Shown here: positions 1 through 8,563 of the stretch, one piece after another
Layout: each line of letters begins with the position of its first letter
Position numbering within the stretch: position 1 is the stretch's first letter
NCBI GenBank assembly: GCA_027051165.1
Contig: JALTZZ010000034.1
Location: 1 to 21,213, forward strand
Direction of reading: 5' to 3'
DNA from: an archaeon
GTDB taxonomy: Archaea; Hydrothermarchaeota; Hydrothermarchaeia; JALTZZ01
DNA: 21,213 nt
Program-made: the position numbers and the translations under genes
The notes under the pieces: model-generated
What the model saw: the letters and a program-made list of their open reading frames with translations, nothing else
Databases searched by the model: none
What the model was told of the DNA's origin: nothing

Positions 1-803
1 ATGTTATACGAATGTATTGATAAAATAATGGAAGTAAGGGAAGAATAAAAAATTAAATTTTTTTTCGAAAGTAAAATTTTCTATATTATATAGAAAGACT
101 TGTCCAAATAACGAAGTATTGGCACAACCATGCACATGGTAAAATATAAATAGGCAAGGGAGATGAAGTAAGAAGCATGAAGGTAGATATATTTAGCCAA
201 ATATTAAGTTTAAGGATATTTCAAAGGAATTTGGGAGCTAAAAATATTAGCGATAGCGAATTACATATTTATGAGCAGTTTTCGGAGAACGGCTAAGGTA
301 TTGTCCATTTTTAAAACTGCTGGGTTAAGAAGTTTAAGGAGAAGGTTAAGATAAGCATGGAAGCGAAAGATAGCGATCGACGATAGTAAAAATCAACGGC
401 AAGAAATTCTACTTATAGGTATCTTTGGGTGTAAAAGGAAATCAAATCGTCTTTATAAAAGTTTATTTAATGAAAAATTTCTTAACCTCGCTGATTTTGT
501 TAAAAAGTTTTTAAGTTCTGCAAAATCTTCGTCGTTGATAAAGCTCCTTGGTATAAAGGCGTTTTCGAAAGACCCGGCGTAAGTGTTATGAAAACGAAAC
601 CTTCGGTAGAAGAAATAGGGGTGAAACCCTCTTCTCCGTAATTATAAGAAGATTCGGCGATAGGGTCAAATCCCGCTCACCTAAGAAAAATCCTCCTCGA
701 ACTCCTGCTAACTGCAGCTTGCCGCAATGTGTATCTCTTCGCTTCCTCTTTTTTAGTTACTTTTTTATCCATATTTGTTTAAATTTACAACAGAGCAAAA
801 AAA

Positions 804-1766
804 TTAATAAAGAAAAGACTTATATTTACCTAATAGTTCAAAAAACCCTATTACATATTTTTCATGTGTATAACTACTCCTATAAAACTTCAAATTTACC
901 TTAAATAACAGGTTTCTTAAATTACTTATATTCTTCCATTTTTTACCATTTTTCTTTATCATTATATCTTTTAACCTGAGTTTAGCATGATATCTTCTAT
1001 TGACATCATTAAGATCGTCATTAAGAATGGTTTTATTTATACCAATCCTATATGCACTTATATTTAGCGGTACATAAAAATTTTTTGACATTATTCTTCC
1101 TACAATCCTCCATTTCCTTTTTTTCCATAAATTACTTGGATTAAATATTTTTTTAAATAGTACAATAAATCTATCATTCTCTAATAAAAATTTTTTCTCA
1201 AAAGTAAATCTATATATAAAAGCCTCGAGACTTATCGTATATTTTTTCGCTAAAATTTCTAATGTTTCATGTGAAAAATCTTTTTCTAATTCGTTTATAA
1301 TTTCGGATGCGTCGCTTTCTGTTATTAAAAGACATGAAGCAAAATAATCCGCAAAACGTTCTATCATATCAGTTAAATTATCTCCTAAACTTCTCAGGAG
1401 ATTTTTAATATTTTCATCTTTTATCATTATATAATGCCCAATTTCATGTGCACACGTAAAGTTTTTTCGTGGAACTGGATGATAACTGTTGACTACAATA
1501 AAATAACAATTATCTTTCTTTATAAGACCTCCAGCTGATGGTATTACATCTTCTTTTACTTTTAACCCTATTTTTTCAGCAACACGATAGGAAATTAAAT
1601 ATTTTTCAGAAACTTCTATATCATTCCTTAGTTCTTTTGCTTTTTCATCTAATAACTTATATATCTTAGCAATAATTCTCTTTTTATTTGAAGTTTTCAT
1701 TAAAGTTTTTATTCTTATGTTTAGTGATATTAAATTTATGTATCTAATAAACCTTGAAAATATCAT
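804..1766 (-). CDS. ImmA/IrrE-family (COG2856-like) zinc metallopeptidase; real start may be the internal Met near 1700
   Basis: 320-aa ORF with an FTCAHEIGHYIM HExxH zinc-binding motif in a DUF955/ImmA-like context; K/E/I-rich like its neighbours; same strand and 78 nt downstream of 1845..4085. Confidence 0.65.
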   Translation of the reverse strand: MIFSRFIRYINLISLNIRIKTLMKTSNKKRIIAKIYKLLDEKAKELRNDIEVSEKYLISYRVAEKIGLKVKEDVIPSAGGLIKKDNCYFIVVNSYHPVPRKNFTCAHEIGHYIMIKDENIKNLLRSLGDNLTDMIERFADYFASCLLITESDASEIINELEKDFSHETLEILAKKYTISLEAFIYRFTFEKKFLLENDRFIVLFKKIFNPSNLWKKRKWRIVGRIMSKNFYVPLNISAYRIGINKTILNDDLNDVNRRYHAKLRLKDIMIKKNGKKWKNISNLRNLLFKVNLKFYRSSYTHEKYVIGFFELLGKYKSFLY

Positions 1767-1844
1767 GATTATAGTATAATTAAATATAAAAAAAGAAGCT
1801 AAAAGGATTAGATAAACTACTAAATCAAAAAATAAAAAACAGAA

Positions 1845-4085
1845 TTATCTTCTTCTCTCGCCCCTTTTCGCAAGGTAGAATGCTGCTGCTAAAAGTATAA
1901 GCAGCACTGCACCGATAAGCGGAAGCGGCAGCTTCTTCTTCGGCTTTACCGGCGCTTTCTTGACCGCCTCCTTCACGGGCTTCGTTGCGTTTATGAGCTT
2001 CTCAAACTTTTCCACGGTTTTCTGCTCAGCGATTCCCAAGAACTGCTTTAACAGCTCTGGTGAATCGAGCAGTGCATATATCTTTTCCATTTCTCTGTCT
2101 TTCTCGCCCCACTTCTCCAGTTCATTGAGATACTCTTCTATATCTCTCTCAACGCTGAAGTTCCCGGTCATAATCTTGGCGATAATCTCCTCCCTCTTCT
2201 TCTTCAGCTCCGCTTTTCTTCTGTTAAGCTCGTCCAAGAAAATTCTTTTAGCCTTGGTTTCGTTGATTTTTTCCGCAAGCTTCAGAGCCTCTGCATACCT
2301 CTCTTCCTCTATTGCTCTTATTACGTTGGGATAGTAGTGCCTAAGGAAATCTCTGTATCTTTCGTATTCCGTGCTGTTGTGCTTTGTTTTCTCATAGTCT
2401 CTCAGCAGCTCAAGCGCCCTTCTCTCGTTTATTATTTCAGCTTCTTTTATCAGCGTTGAAACGTCAACATCTCTTTCTTCAAGGAAAGCTTCGTAGAGCT
2501 TCTCCTTTACGTATTCGTATAAGAAGTCCTTGTAAATCTGTTTGTATTCTTCGAAAGCCTTAATGAGTTTGACTCTCGGAATTGTGCAGTTTGGCAGTTT
2601 AATTTCATCCGGCAGCTTCTTAATTTCTGTTTCGTCAAAAGTTACAATTGCCTTATAGAGCGCCGTTGCATATCTGCTGTTAGGATTATCTGCAAGGTAG
2701 TTCGTTACAGCGAAGTGTAGTAGAGTTGTGTCTTCAGTTACAGCCCTGCAAAGAAGTCCGCTCGCATCGAGACTCATGTTTTCCCAGTCGTTCTTGAAGT
2801 AGTAGTAGAAAATTCTTGAATATGGTGTTTCATTCGCTGAAACTACTTTTCTGTCGAAGTAGTCCTTCAGGTTGTGAGCTCTGAACTCTATCGTATCCTT
2901 TTTATCGTAGAACAAAATTCTTACCGATACTGTTTGAGGCTTTGAAAAATCTATATCAGCAAGCTTTAAAACTGAACCTTCGAGCCTGAGATTCCCCCTG
3001 TGGTATATTATTCCGTTCTGGAAGTCGAATCCATCTCTTATCTCCTTTATAATCTTGTTCTTAACTGGTATCTCATAGTCAAGCGTATAGTTCACGTAGA
3101 ACCTCGGGAAGTATACGTATCCCTTGAGAAGGCTTATCTTTTCTGCGTATCCGAGCATATACTCTGTGCCTTCACCCTTTCTGTAGAGAACTCGCCTGAA
3201 CTGAAATCCTATCTCCTGCTTGAGGTTCCTCGGTTCGTTGCCTTCAAGCCCCCTTACAAAGTCTGGATCGCTGAAGGCTCTCCTCGCAAATTCGTTTCTA
3301 AAGTAGTTTACGCCCTTATTTATCACGTGAAGCTGTATGCCTCTGAGAACGCCCTCATCAACAGAAACCTCTCTTTCCTCATCTCCTATAATAACCCAAG
3401 TCTTCTCAACGATGACATCGCCCGGCTCAAGCTCATCTTTGAACAGAGCTTCCGGTTTGATTCTGTATTTCACTTTTACTGTATTCTGGTCGCTTGCGTT
3501 GCAGATGAGAGCCATGGTTCTGTTTCCGTATTTAACCTCGTATTCTAAAAGATAAGGACACTCTATCTGCTCAAACCCCTGTCTTTTTCCGAAGTTCGTA
3601 TACAGCGTGCACTTCAGCACCATTTCCTCTTCGAACTCAAGCTCCGGAATATCTGTTTTATAGACTAAAAGATCACCGGCTTTTATCGCATCCTGAACGA
3701 AAGTGTTGTTCCTGAAGCTTAACGCATAGCTGTCAAGGGTTACAAGTTCTGGATATATTTTGTAGTTCCTGTATAATTTCTGGAAGAATCTTTTTCCTTT
3801 TTCATAAGCTGTTTTGTATTTATCCTCTCCAGTGTAGTGGTGCATCACTGCAAGCTCCAGCAGTCTGCCAGCCATTATCGTTGTTTCTATAGCCTTGCTT
3901 TCCGCAATAGCACCGTTCGGTAGCTGGTTTTCAATGGACTTCTCTGCATTGTATTTTGTCGGGAAGTAGATGATTTTTCCGTAGTCCTCCTCCGGCTTAA
4001 TGGTTTGAGGAACCGTTTTTACTACGAGCCCGCTCACGCTGCCCAGCATCACCAACAGCACCGCTAAAACCGCTACCCACCTCAT
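1845..4085 (-). CDS. large secreted, C-terminally membrane-anchored (surface) protein, function unknown
   Basis: 746 aa; N-terminal signal peptide MRWVAVLAVLLVMLGSVSG; C-terminal hydrophobic helix LPLIGAVLLILLAAAFYLA followed by KRGERRR; start ATG 4085 lies about 30 nt after a palindrome plus A/T box on the minus side. Confidence 0.75.
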   Translation of the reverse strand: MRWVAVLAVLLVMLGSVSGLVVKTVPQTIKPEEDYGKIIYFPTKYNAEKSIENQLPNGAIAESKAIETTIMAGRLLELAVMHHYTGEDKYKTAYEKGKRFFQKLYRNYKIYPELVTLDSYALSFRNNTFVQDAIKAGDLLVYKTDIPELEFEEEMVLKCTLYTNFGKRQGFEQIECPYLLEYEVKYGNRTMALICNASDQNTVKVKYRIKPEALFKDELEPGDVIVEKTWVIIGDEEREVSVDEGVLRGIQLHVINKGVNYFRNEFARRAFSDPDFVRGLEGNEPRNLKQEIGFQFRRVLYRKGEGTEYMLGYAEKISLLKGYVYFPRFYVNYTLDYEIPVKNKIIKEIRDGFDFQNGIIYHRGNLRLEGSVLKLADIDFSKPQTVSVRILFYDKKDTIEFRAHNLKDYFDRKVVSANETPYSRIFYYYFKNDWENMSLDASGLLCRAVTEDTTLLHFAVTNYLADNPNSRYATALYKAIVTFDETEIKKLPDEIKLPNCTIPRVKLIKAFEEYKQIYKDFLYEYVKEKLYEAFLEERDVDVSTLIKEAEIINERRALELLRDYEKTKHNSTEYERYRDFLRHYYPNVIRAIEEERYAEALKLAEKINETKAKRIFLDELNRRKAELKKKREEIIAKIMTGNFSVERDIEEYLNELEKWGEKDREMEKIYALLDSPELLKQFLGIAEQKTVEKFEKLINATKPVKEAVKKAPVKPKKKLPLPLIGAVLLILLAAAFYLAKRGERRR

Positions 4086-4116
4086 ACAGAAGCATGATGA
4101 ATTTATAAATCAATTT

Positions 4117-4132
4117 CCTCACAGCTGTGAGG
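4117..4132. promoter_or_regulatory. palindrome module copy a: CCTCACAGCTGTGAGG
   Basis: 16-nt perfect dyad; minus side AAATTGATTTATAAA box then ATG 4085; plus side GTTTCGAAAGGCTTAAGAAG arm upstream of the SPFH gene. Confidence 0.6.
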
Positions 4133-4215
4133 TTTCGAAAGGCTTAAGAAGCGAATATCAAAGCTAAGATGTTCTGTGCATGAAATTTGAGGAAGCTGCT
4201 TGAGGAGAGGGTGGT

Positions 4216-5106
4216 ATGTGGGACGACGAAGACACGAAGAAGCATGAAGGGAGAAAGATTTTTGCAGGTATAGCGCTGCTGATACTGCTTGTGTTTTTCT
4301 TCGTTCTTTCGGCGGTATACACGGTTGATCAGACGGAAATGGCGGTTGTAAAGCAGTTTGGAAAGGTTCACAAGATAACTGGTCCGGGCTTGCACTTCAA
4401 GATTCCTGTAATACAGACCGTAGATAAATACTATGTTGGTGTAAGGACTCTTAATTTAGTCGGAAAAGAAGAGGTTGTGGCATTGAGCAATGACGGCTTA
4501 GAGATACACATGGACATAAGCGTTCAGACGGCTATAAAGCCAGAAATGGTTGAAACGATAGCAAAGACTTTCAGAAATCCGCAGTATCTCGAAACTTGGA
4601 AGATTGCAACTGTTAGAGCTACAATAAGAGATGTAATAGCGAAGTATCAGGCTACCGATTTATACGGTGAAAAGAGAAAGAGTGTTGAGGCTGATATAAC
4701 AAGGGAGCTTGAGAAGGAGCTCAGCAAATACTACTACGTTAAGGCTGTTTGGATAAGAAAGATTACTCTGCCGCAAAAGGTTAAAGAAGCCATCGAAGCT
4801 AAAATACAGGCACAGCAGGAAGCTGAGAGAATGAAGTATGTTGTTCAGAGGGAAAAGCTTGAAGCTGAGAGGAAGAAGGTTGAAGCTGAGGGCATAGCTC
4901 AAGCAAATGCAATTATAGGCGAAAGCTTGAGAAAAAACCCAGAATACATACAGTGGTATTTCATGAAGTCCTTAGAGGAGATGGCAAAGAATCCGAACAC
5001 AATTTTCTTGGTTGTCCCGATACCGAGCAGCTACTTCAGCTGGCAGGGCAATCTAACCCAGATGCCACAGATACCTGTGATAATACAGCCTCAACCAAGA
5101 AATTAA
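4216..5106 (+). CDS. SPFH/band-7 (prohibitin/stomatin/HflC-like) membrane protein
   Basis: 296 aa; N-terminal TM helix, then a typical SPFH core (VDQTEMAVVKQFGKV...GPGLHFKIPVIQTV) and a coiled-coil EAxxKxQAQQEAER tail; GGAGGAGAGGGTGG Shine-Dalgarno-like run before the ATG. Confidence 0.85.
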   Translation: MWDDEDTKKHEGRKIFAGIALLILLVFFFVLSAVYTVDQTEMAVVKQFGKVHKITGPGLHFKIPVIQTVDKYYVGVRTLNLVGKEEVVALSNDGLEIHMDISVQTAIKPEMVETIAKTFRNPQYLETWKIATVRATIRDVIAKYQATDLYGEKRKSVEADITRELEKELSKYYYVKAVWIRKITLPQKVKEAIEAKIQAQQEAERMKYVVQREKLEAERKKVEAEGIAQANAIIGESLRKNPEYIQWYFMKSLEEMAKNPNTIFLVVPIPSSYFSWQGNLTQMPQIPVIIQPQPRN

Positions 5107-5134
5107 CTCTTTTTTATTTTTGTGAAGTGATGCT

Positions 5135-5458
5135 ATGTGGGAAGATGTGAAAGGGATAATAGTAAGAGGTGTGAAAGAAGCAGAAGAATTTGCTGAATTT
5201 TGCAAAGAGAATGATCCAAGACTTCTTAAAAGGATTATCATGCAGAAGATTAGAGAAGCTGAGAAGTTGCTTGAAAAATCAGAAGATAAAATACCTGATG
5301 AATTTAAGGATGAGGTATTTGAGTTTATCAGCGGGTTGAAGTTTAAGTATCGGTGGCTCGGAATAGATGAGATCGAATTCTCCGACTACATCTTAATCAG
5401 CAGGTTGATTGAGAAGCTGAAAAAGCTTAAAAACATTTCCTGCAGATACAAAATCTGA
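5135..5458 (+). CDS. hypothetical 107-aa acidic protein
   Basis: ORF directly after the SPFH gene on the same strand; charged K/E-rich composition; stop overlaps the next small ORF (TGATG). Confidence 0.5.
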   Translation: MWEDVKGIIVRGVKEAEEFAEFCKENDPRLLKRIIMQKIREAEKLLEKSEDKIPDEFKDEVFEFISGLKFKYRWLGIDEIEFSDYILISRLIEKLKKLKNISCRYKI

Positions 5459-5616
5459 TGGGAAGAACAGATCTGCATGTGGAATTCGGAAATCTGATAG
5501 CCTCGGCGATAATATCGGTTTTCTTCATAGTATTGGGATTTTACACCGAAAAGTGGATATCCATCTTGGGGACTATTTTTTGCATCTTATTTATCATGAA
5601 AGGATACAAACACTAA
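5458..5616 (+). CDS. candidate 52-aa two-TM small membrane protein (below the 60-aa ORF-track threshold)
   Basis: ATG overlaps the stop of 5135..5458 (TGATG); translation MGRTDLHVEFGNLIASAIISVFFIVLGFYTEKWISILGTIFCILFIMKGYKH has two hydrophobic helices. Confidence 0.35.
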   Translation: MGRTDLHVEFGNLIASAIISVFFIVLGFYTEKWISILGTIFCILFIMKGYKH

Positions 5617-6215
5617 ACCTCAAAGACATAATCTCTCCACCCAAGTCCGTTTCCATGCGTTACCGATACAACTGCAGCGTTCTTTCCTATTTTCACTTCG
5701 ATGATTTTGTATCCCTTCTTTTTTCTTCTGTCCAAAGGAGCAAAATACTCTCCAATCTTTTCTTGAAAAACTTTTTCATCCGAATAATCAAAAAAGCCCT
5801 TATACTCCTTAGGCTCTACCCCCAACTCCTTAAGCAGATAACGGAGATAGTCCTCTAATTCAACCCATGGATAAACTATTACCGCGATCTCCGGAGTCGT
5901 GTAGCTTCTGCACCTGAAGCAGTATGTCTTTCCATCTTTTATTGACAATCTTCCCTTACATTTCGGGCACACCTCTATTCTTTCTTTCACAAGCTCGGTC
6001 TTCACACCTTTGGGATCTTCCTCCATTAGGAAATAATCTCTGTGTTCAGCATCATAAATGATGTAGAACTTTTCCCTGCAATAGTATACATCCTTAATTC
6101 TGCTTTCTTTCAGCAGAACACGCACTTCATCCTCATCTTTGGTTAGAAGCCTCGCCGGAATTCTCCCACCTTTAACAATTCTGCCTCCGATCCAGCTTGC
6201 CACCAAAACAGCCAT
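5613..6215 (-). CDS. zinc-ribbon protein (CPKC...CFRC), function unknown
   Basis: 200 aa; CxxC-x16-CxxC ribbon; GGAGGAG Shine-Dalgarno 6 nt before the ATG on the minus strand. Confidence 0.6.
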   Translation of the reverse strand: MAVLVASWIGGRIVKGGRIPARLLTKDEDEVRVLLKESRIKDVYYCREKFYIIYDAEHRDYFLMEEDPKGVKTELVKERIEVCPKCKGRLSIKDGKTYCFRCRSYTTPEIAVIVYPWVELEDYLRYLLKELGVEPKEYKGFFDYSDEKVFQEKIGEYFAPLDRRKKKGYKIIEVKIGKNAAVVSVTHGNGLGWRDYVFEV

Positions 6216-6430
6216 ACATTCTCCTCCTTTAAATTCGTTGACAACTTCATCATAAATTTCTATATGAGCTTAAACACCTTATAGTCCTACGGTATCAAAT
6301 AGATTATCCATACATTTTCACTCTTTTTAGCCCTAATATCTTGAATACGGTCACATGAATATCCTCTAACAAGCTCTTCCACCCTCATAATATTCGGCTG
6401 ATTCATCCTCTTATTTTACCCTTTCGCACA

Positions 6431-6445
6431 CTCACAGCTGTGAGG
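6431..6445. promoter_or_regulatory. palindrome module copy b
   Basis: CTCACAGCTGTGAGG followed by GAATTCCATTTTTAAGCTCTCTACT arm on the plus side. Confidence 0.55.
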
Positions 6446-6473
6446 AATTCCATTTTTAAGCTCTCTACTGTTC

Positions 6474-6650
6474 ATGCTCATAAGGTTTATAAAAGATAGA
6501 AGAGGAGGCTCGGGACTCTTTGAACTCATAATGGTTATTGCGATGATAGGAGTGGTGGCGGTAGTAGCCGCAGATTTTATGAACAAAGCGGTAGATCTCG
6601 GAAGCAAAGCAAAAAACGCAACGTTGAGCGTTGTCAACTCCACAGGATAG
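6474..6650 (+). CDS. candidate 58-aa hydrophobic small protein
   Basis: ATG about 21 nt downstream of a plus-oriented palindrome plus CATTTTTAAGCTC box; hydrophobic core LIMVIAMIGVVAVVAADF; competes with the low-complexity antisense ORF 6416..6712. Confidence 0.25.
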   Translation: MLIRFIKDRRGGSGLFELIMVIAMIGVVAVVAADFMNKAVDLGSKAKNATLSVVNSTG

Positions 6651-6880
6651 TGCCTCAACGCAACAGTGTATAGTTTCTCAATAAGAGATTGCAAAAATGT
6701 TCTTATTTTCACAAAATAGGAACGATTTGAGGCATCAAACTTGCACTGAAGCTGAGTGCAAGTATAACGGAAAACCGTTATAAAAAACTATACAGTGAAA
6801 AAGTTGCAGCGAAGATTGAAAAGTATATTTCGGAATAAAGAAATTAAGGAAGATTTGGAGAGGGTAAGTTGCACTCAGCA

Positions 6881-6894
6881 TCACAGCTGTGAGG
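6881..6894. promoter_or_regulatory. palindrome module copy c (slightly degenerate left arm)
   Basis: TCACAGCTGTGAGG then ATTTGATTTTAAAAAT box; ATG 6925 is 24 nt after the box. Confidence 0.55.
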
Positions 6895-6924
6895 ATTTGA
6901 TTTTAAAAATTAGTATTATATGAG

Positions 6925-7431
6925 ATGAAGGAGTATAAGCACTATAAAAGATTGGAGAAGTGGCTTGCATCTAAAGGATTCAGCATTTTTGAGAAGATTA
7001 GGTATGGAAAGCATGAATTCGATATAGTTGGAATAAATGATATTAAAACTATCAATGTAGAGGTAAAAGAGGTGTTTTTTCAAAGATTGATAGATCAGGC
7101 GAAGAAGAGGCTGGAGCTGAAGATTTTCGATTATGTGTATATTGCTTATCCTTTCAGGAAGAAGCCCAAGGTTGATTGGCTCGCTGAATACGGCATAGGT
7201 GTTATTGATTTATCTAATAACGAGATTGTTTTATCGGCTAAGAGGCTTGAGACCGACTTTAGAGAAAAGGAGAAGTTTATCAATTATTTGTTGAGAAAGA
7301 ATTTTGAAATATCTATTGAGCATGATGACTATTATTTTCTGAAAAGAAGATTGAAGAAAGAGGGGTTTAAGAGCGTTGAAGATTTTCTGATAAAATATGC
7401 TCGGTATGAGCTTGAGGTTTATAAACGCTGA
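6925..7431 (+). CDS. PD-(D/E)xK (restriction-endonuclease/Hjc-NucS-like fold) nuclease-like protein
   Basis: 168 aa; E..L...G...hhFDIVG (D) ... NVEVKE (ExK) motif order; leaderless-type promoter (palindrome 6881, TTTTAAAAAT box, ATG at 6925). Confidence 0.6.
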   Translation: MKEYKHYKRLEKWLASKGFSIFEKIRYGKHEFDIVGINDIKTINVEVKEVFFQRLIDQAKKRLELKIFDYVYIAYPFRKKPKVDWLAEYGIGVIDLSNNEIVLSAKRLETDFREKEKFINYLLRKNFEISIEHDDYYFLKRRLKKEGFKSVEDFLIKYARYELEVYKR

Positions 7432-7450
7432 TTCTCACAGCTGTGAGAAT
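7431..7450. promoter_or_regulatory. palindrome module copy d: ATTCTCACAGCTGTGAGAAT (20-nt perfect, variant outer arms)
   Basis: Begins at the stop codon of 6925..7431; acts as its terminator hairpin; pairs with copy e across a 72-nt iteron-bearing spacer. Confidence 0.6.
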
Positions 7451-7522
7451 TATCAATTAGTTGGCAATTCGTTGGCAATGACAACAAATAGCATTCTCAA
7501 TTAATTATCAATTAGTTGACAA
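7448..7522. repeat. iteron-like direct repeats between palindromes d and e
   Basis: AATTATCAATTAGTTGGCAA (7448-7467) repeated as AATTATCAATTAGTTGACAA (7503-7522); additional TTGGCAAT at 7472. Confidence 0.7.
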
Positions 7523-7540
7523 CCCTCACAGCTGTGAAGG
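7523..7540. promoter_or_regulatory. palindrome module copy e (one mismatch: CCCTCACAGCTGTGAAGG)
   Basis: Seen directly; 72 nt from copy d. Confidence 0.5.
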
Positions 7541-7544
7541 TAAG

Positions 7545-7650
7545 CTTATACATTTTTAAGCTTATACATTTTAATGTATAATTCTTTAAAAAAGCTTATA
7601 CAGCTGAATGTATAATCTTTTTTAAATGATTATCCAGCAGAATGTATAAA
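7545..7650. repeat. nested dyad array of TTATACA / TGTATAA half-sites
   Basis: Half-site 7545-7554; full palindromes TTATACATTTTAATGTATAA (7563-7582) and TTATACAGCTGAATGTATAA (7597-7616); half-site 7641-7650; overall symmetric around ~7595; followed by TGTAACTTAGTTACA palindrome 7666-7680. Confidence 0.65.
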
Positions 7651-7736
7651 GATAGGTTGCACCTGTGTAACTTAGTTACAGGGGTGTGACTTTACCATTT
7701 CCTTTATTCTTTAAGAAAATTCTTAAGAGCAAAAAA

Positions 7737-8135
7737 TCACACCTTCACAGCTGTGAGGAACTTTCTTTTATAGTAGTGGACGGTTGAAACCGGGATTCCG
7801 AGCCTTTTTGAAACCTGCTTAACGGTTAAACCCTTTTTGAGAAGCTCAATCACGGGCTTCGGATCTCTCCTTTTAGGTCTTCCCGGCATTTTGCACTCGG
7901 CAACAAGATCAACGCCCACCTTTTCCAAAGCTCTTTTTATCTTGCTCGGAACCGCTTTGTGCAGGCTCGGCGGAATGGAAATCTCTTTTATGTTCGGAGC
8001 CTTGGAAAGAATGTGGACGAGCACCGCGGTTGAAGGTCTTATGCTCAAATGAACCTTCTCGGTTTTTTCATCGAGCTTTTCCTCAATTTCGTGGAAAATT
8101 TCTTCAATGGTTTTAGCCTGCAGCTTCACTTCCAT
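7737..8135 (-). CDS. helix-turn-helix DNA-binding protein (C-terminal HTH), candidate regulator
   Basis: 132 aa; C-terminal GRPKRR...LTVKQVSKRLGIPVSTVHYY HTH resembling resolvase/transposase-N HTH; ATG 8135 sits about 30 nt after the GTTCGAAAATCTTAAGA arm of palindrome 8178. Confidence 0.7.
   Translation of the reverse strand: MEVKLQAKTIEEIFHEIEEKLDEKTEKVHLSIRPSTAVLVHILSKAPNIKEISIPPSLHKAVPSKIKRALEKVGVDLVAECKMPGRPKRRDPKPVIELLKKGLTVKQVSKRLGIPVSTVHYYKRKFLTAVKV
7742..7758. promoter_or_regulatory. palindrome module copy f (CCTTCACAGCTGTGAGG)
   Basis: 5 nt after the stop of minus gene 7737..8135; terminator-like position. Confidence 0.55.
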
Positions 8136-8177
8136 GGGGGAATCTCTTCAACATTCCACTCTTAAGATTTTCGAACT

Positions 8178-8192
8178 CTCACAGCTGTGAGG
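8178..8192. promoter_or_regulatory. palindrome module copy g, bidirectional promoter
   Basis: Plus side GAATTCGATTTTTAAGCTTTAAGGTTGCTGGTGGTGGGT then ATG 8231; minus side GTTCGAAAATCTTAAGAG then ATG 8135. Confidence 0.65.
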
Positions 8193-8230
8193 AATTCGAT
8201 TTTTAAGCTTTAAGGTTGCTGGTGGTGGGT

Positions 8231-8563
8231 ATGTATGTTGATAAGGAGAAGCAACTTCAGGGCTTAATTAAAAGCTACATGGTGTATGCTCAGAACTTGG
8301 GGATTTCGGAGAGGGAACTTTTGGATATGATATACTATGCGGCGAGAACGAGAGGGGATCAGTATAAGTGCCTGAACTGCGTTTACTCAAGGGCGCACAA
8401 AAGCATAAACGAGAAGAAAGTTGAAAAAGAGGGAAGGATAAGCATATACGCAAGGCAGTGCGTTTTCGGGATTTTCTACAGAGAGGACTGCCCGGTTCAG
8501 GTTCCCATAATCGAGAGGAAAAATGATGAGGCTTCTCTACGAGCTGAACAGGAAAGCGAGTGA
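8231..8563 (+). CDS. cassette gene A (copy 1): 110-aa Cys-containing protein (KCLNC ... QC ... DC), unknown
   Basis: ATG at 8231 (track start 8216 is TTG) 30 nt after GATTTTTAAGC box and preceded by GGTGGTGGGT; 80-90 % identical paralog at 20097..20414. Confidence 0.6.
   Translation: MYVDKEKQLQGLIKSYMVYAQNLGISERELLDMIYYAARTRGDQYKCLNCVYSRAHKSINEKKVEKEGRISIYARQCVFGIFYREDCPVQVPIIERKNDEASLRAEQESE

Noticed and set aside
580-700. tRNA-like or T-arm-like GGGTCAAATCCC near the 601-636 hairpin
   Set aside because: Could not assemble acceptor, D and anticodon arms. Only isolated short stems.
1960-3555. Plus-strand ORFs 1960..2334, 3000..3548, 3337..3555 inside the 746-aa gene
   Set aside because: Antisense to a long ORF with signal peptide and coherent composition. 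Ser/Leu/Phe-rich reverse-frame artefacts.
6416-6712. 98-aa minus ORF ending in the palindrome (…IPHSCE)
   Set aside because: Contains an ATTATTPIIAITIM low-complexity run from a GGTGGTGGCGGTAGTAGCC repeat. The only promoter module nearby faces the plus strand, so a short plus-strand ORF (6474..6650) fits better. Retained only as an unlikely alternative.
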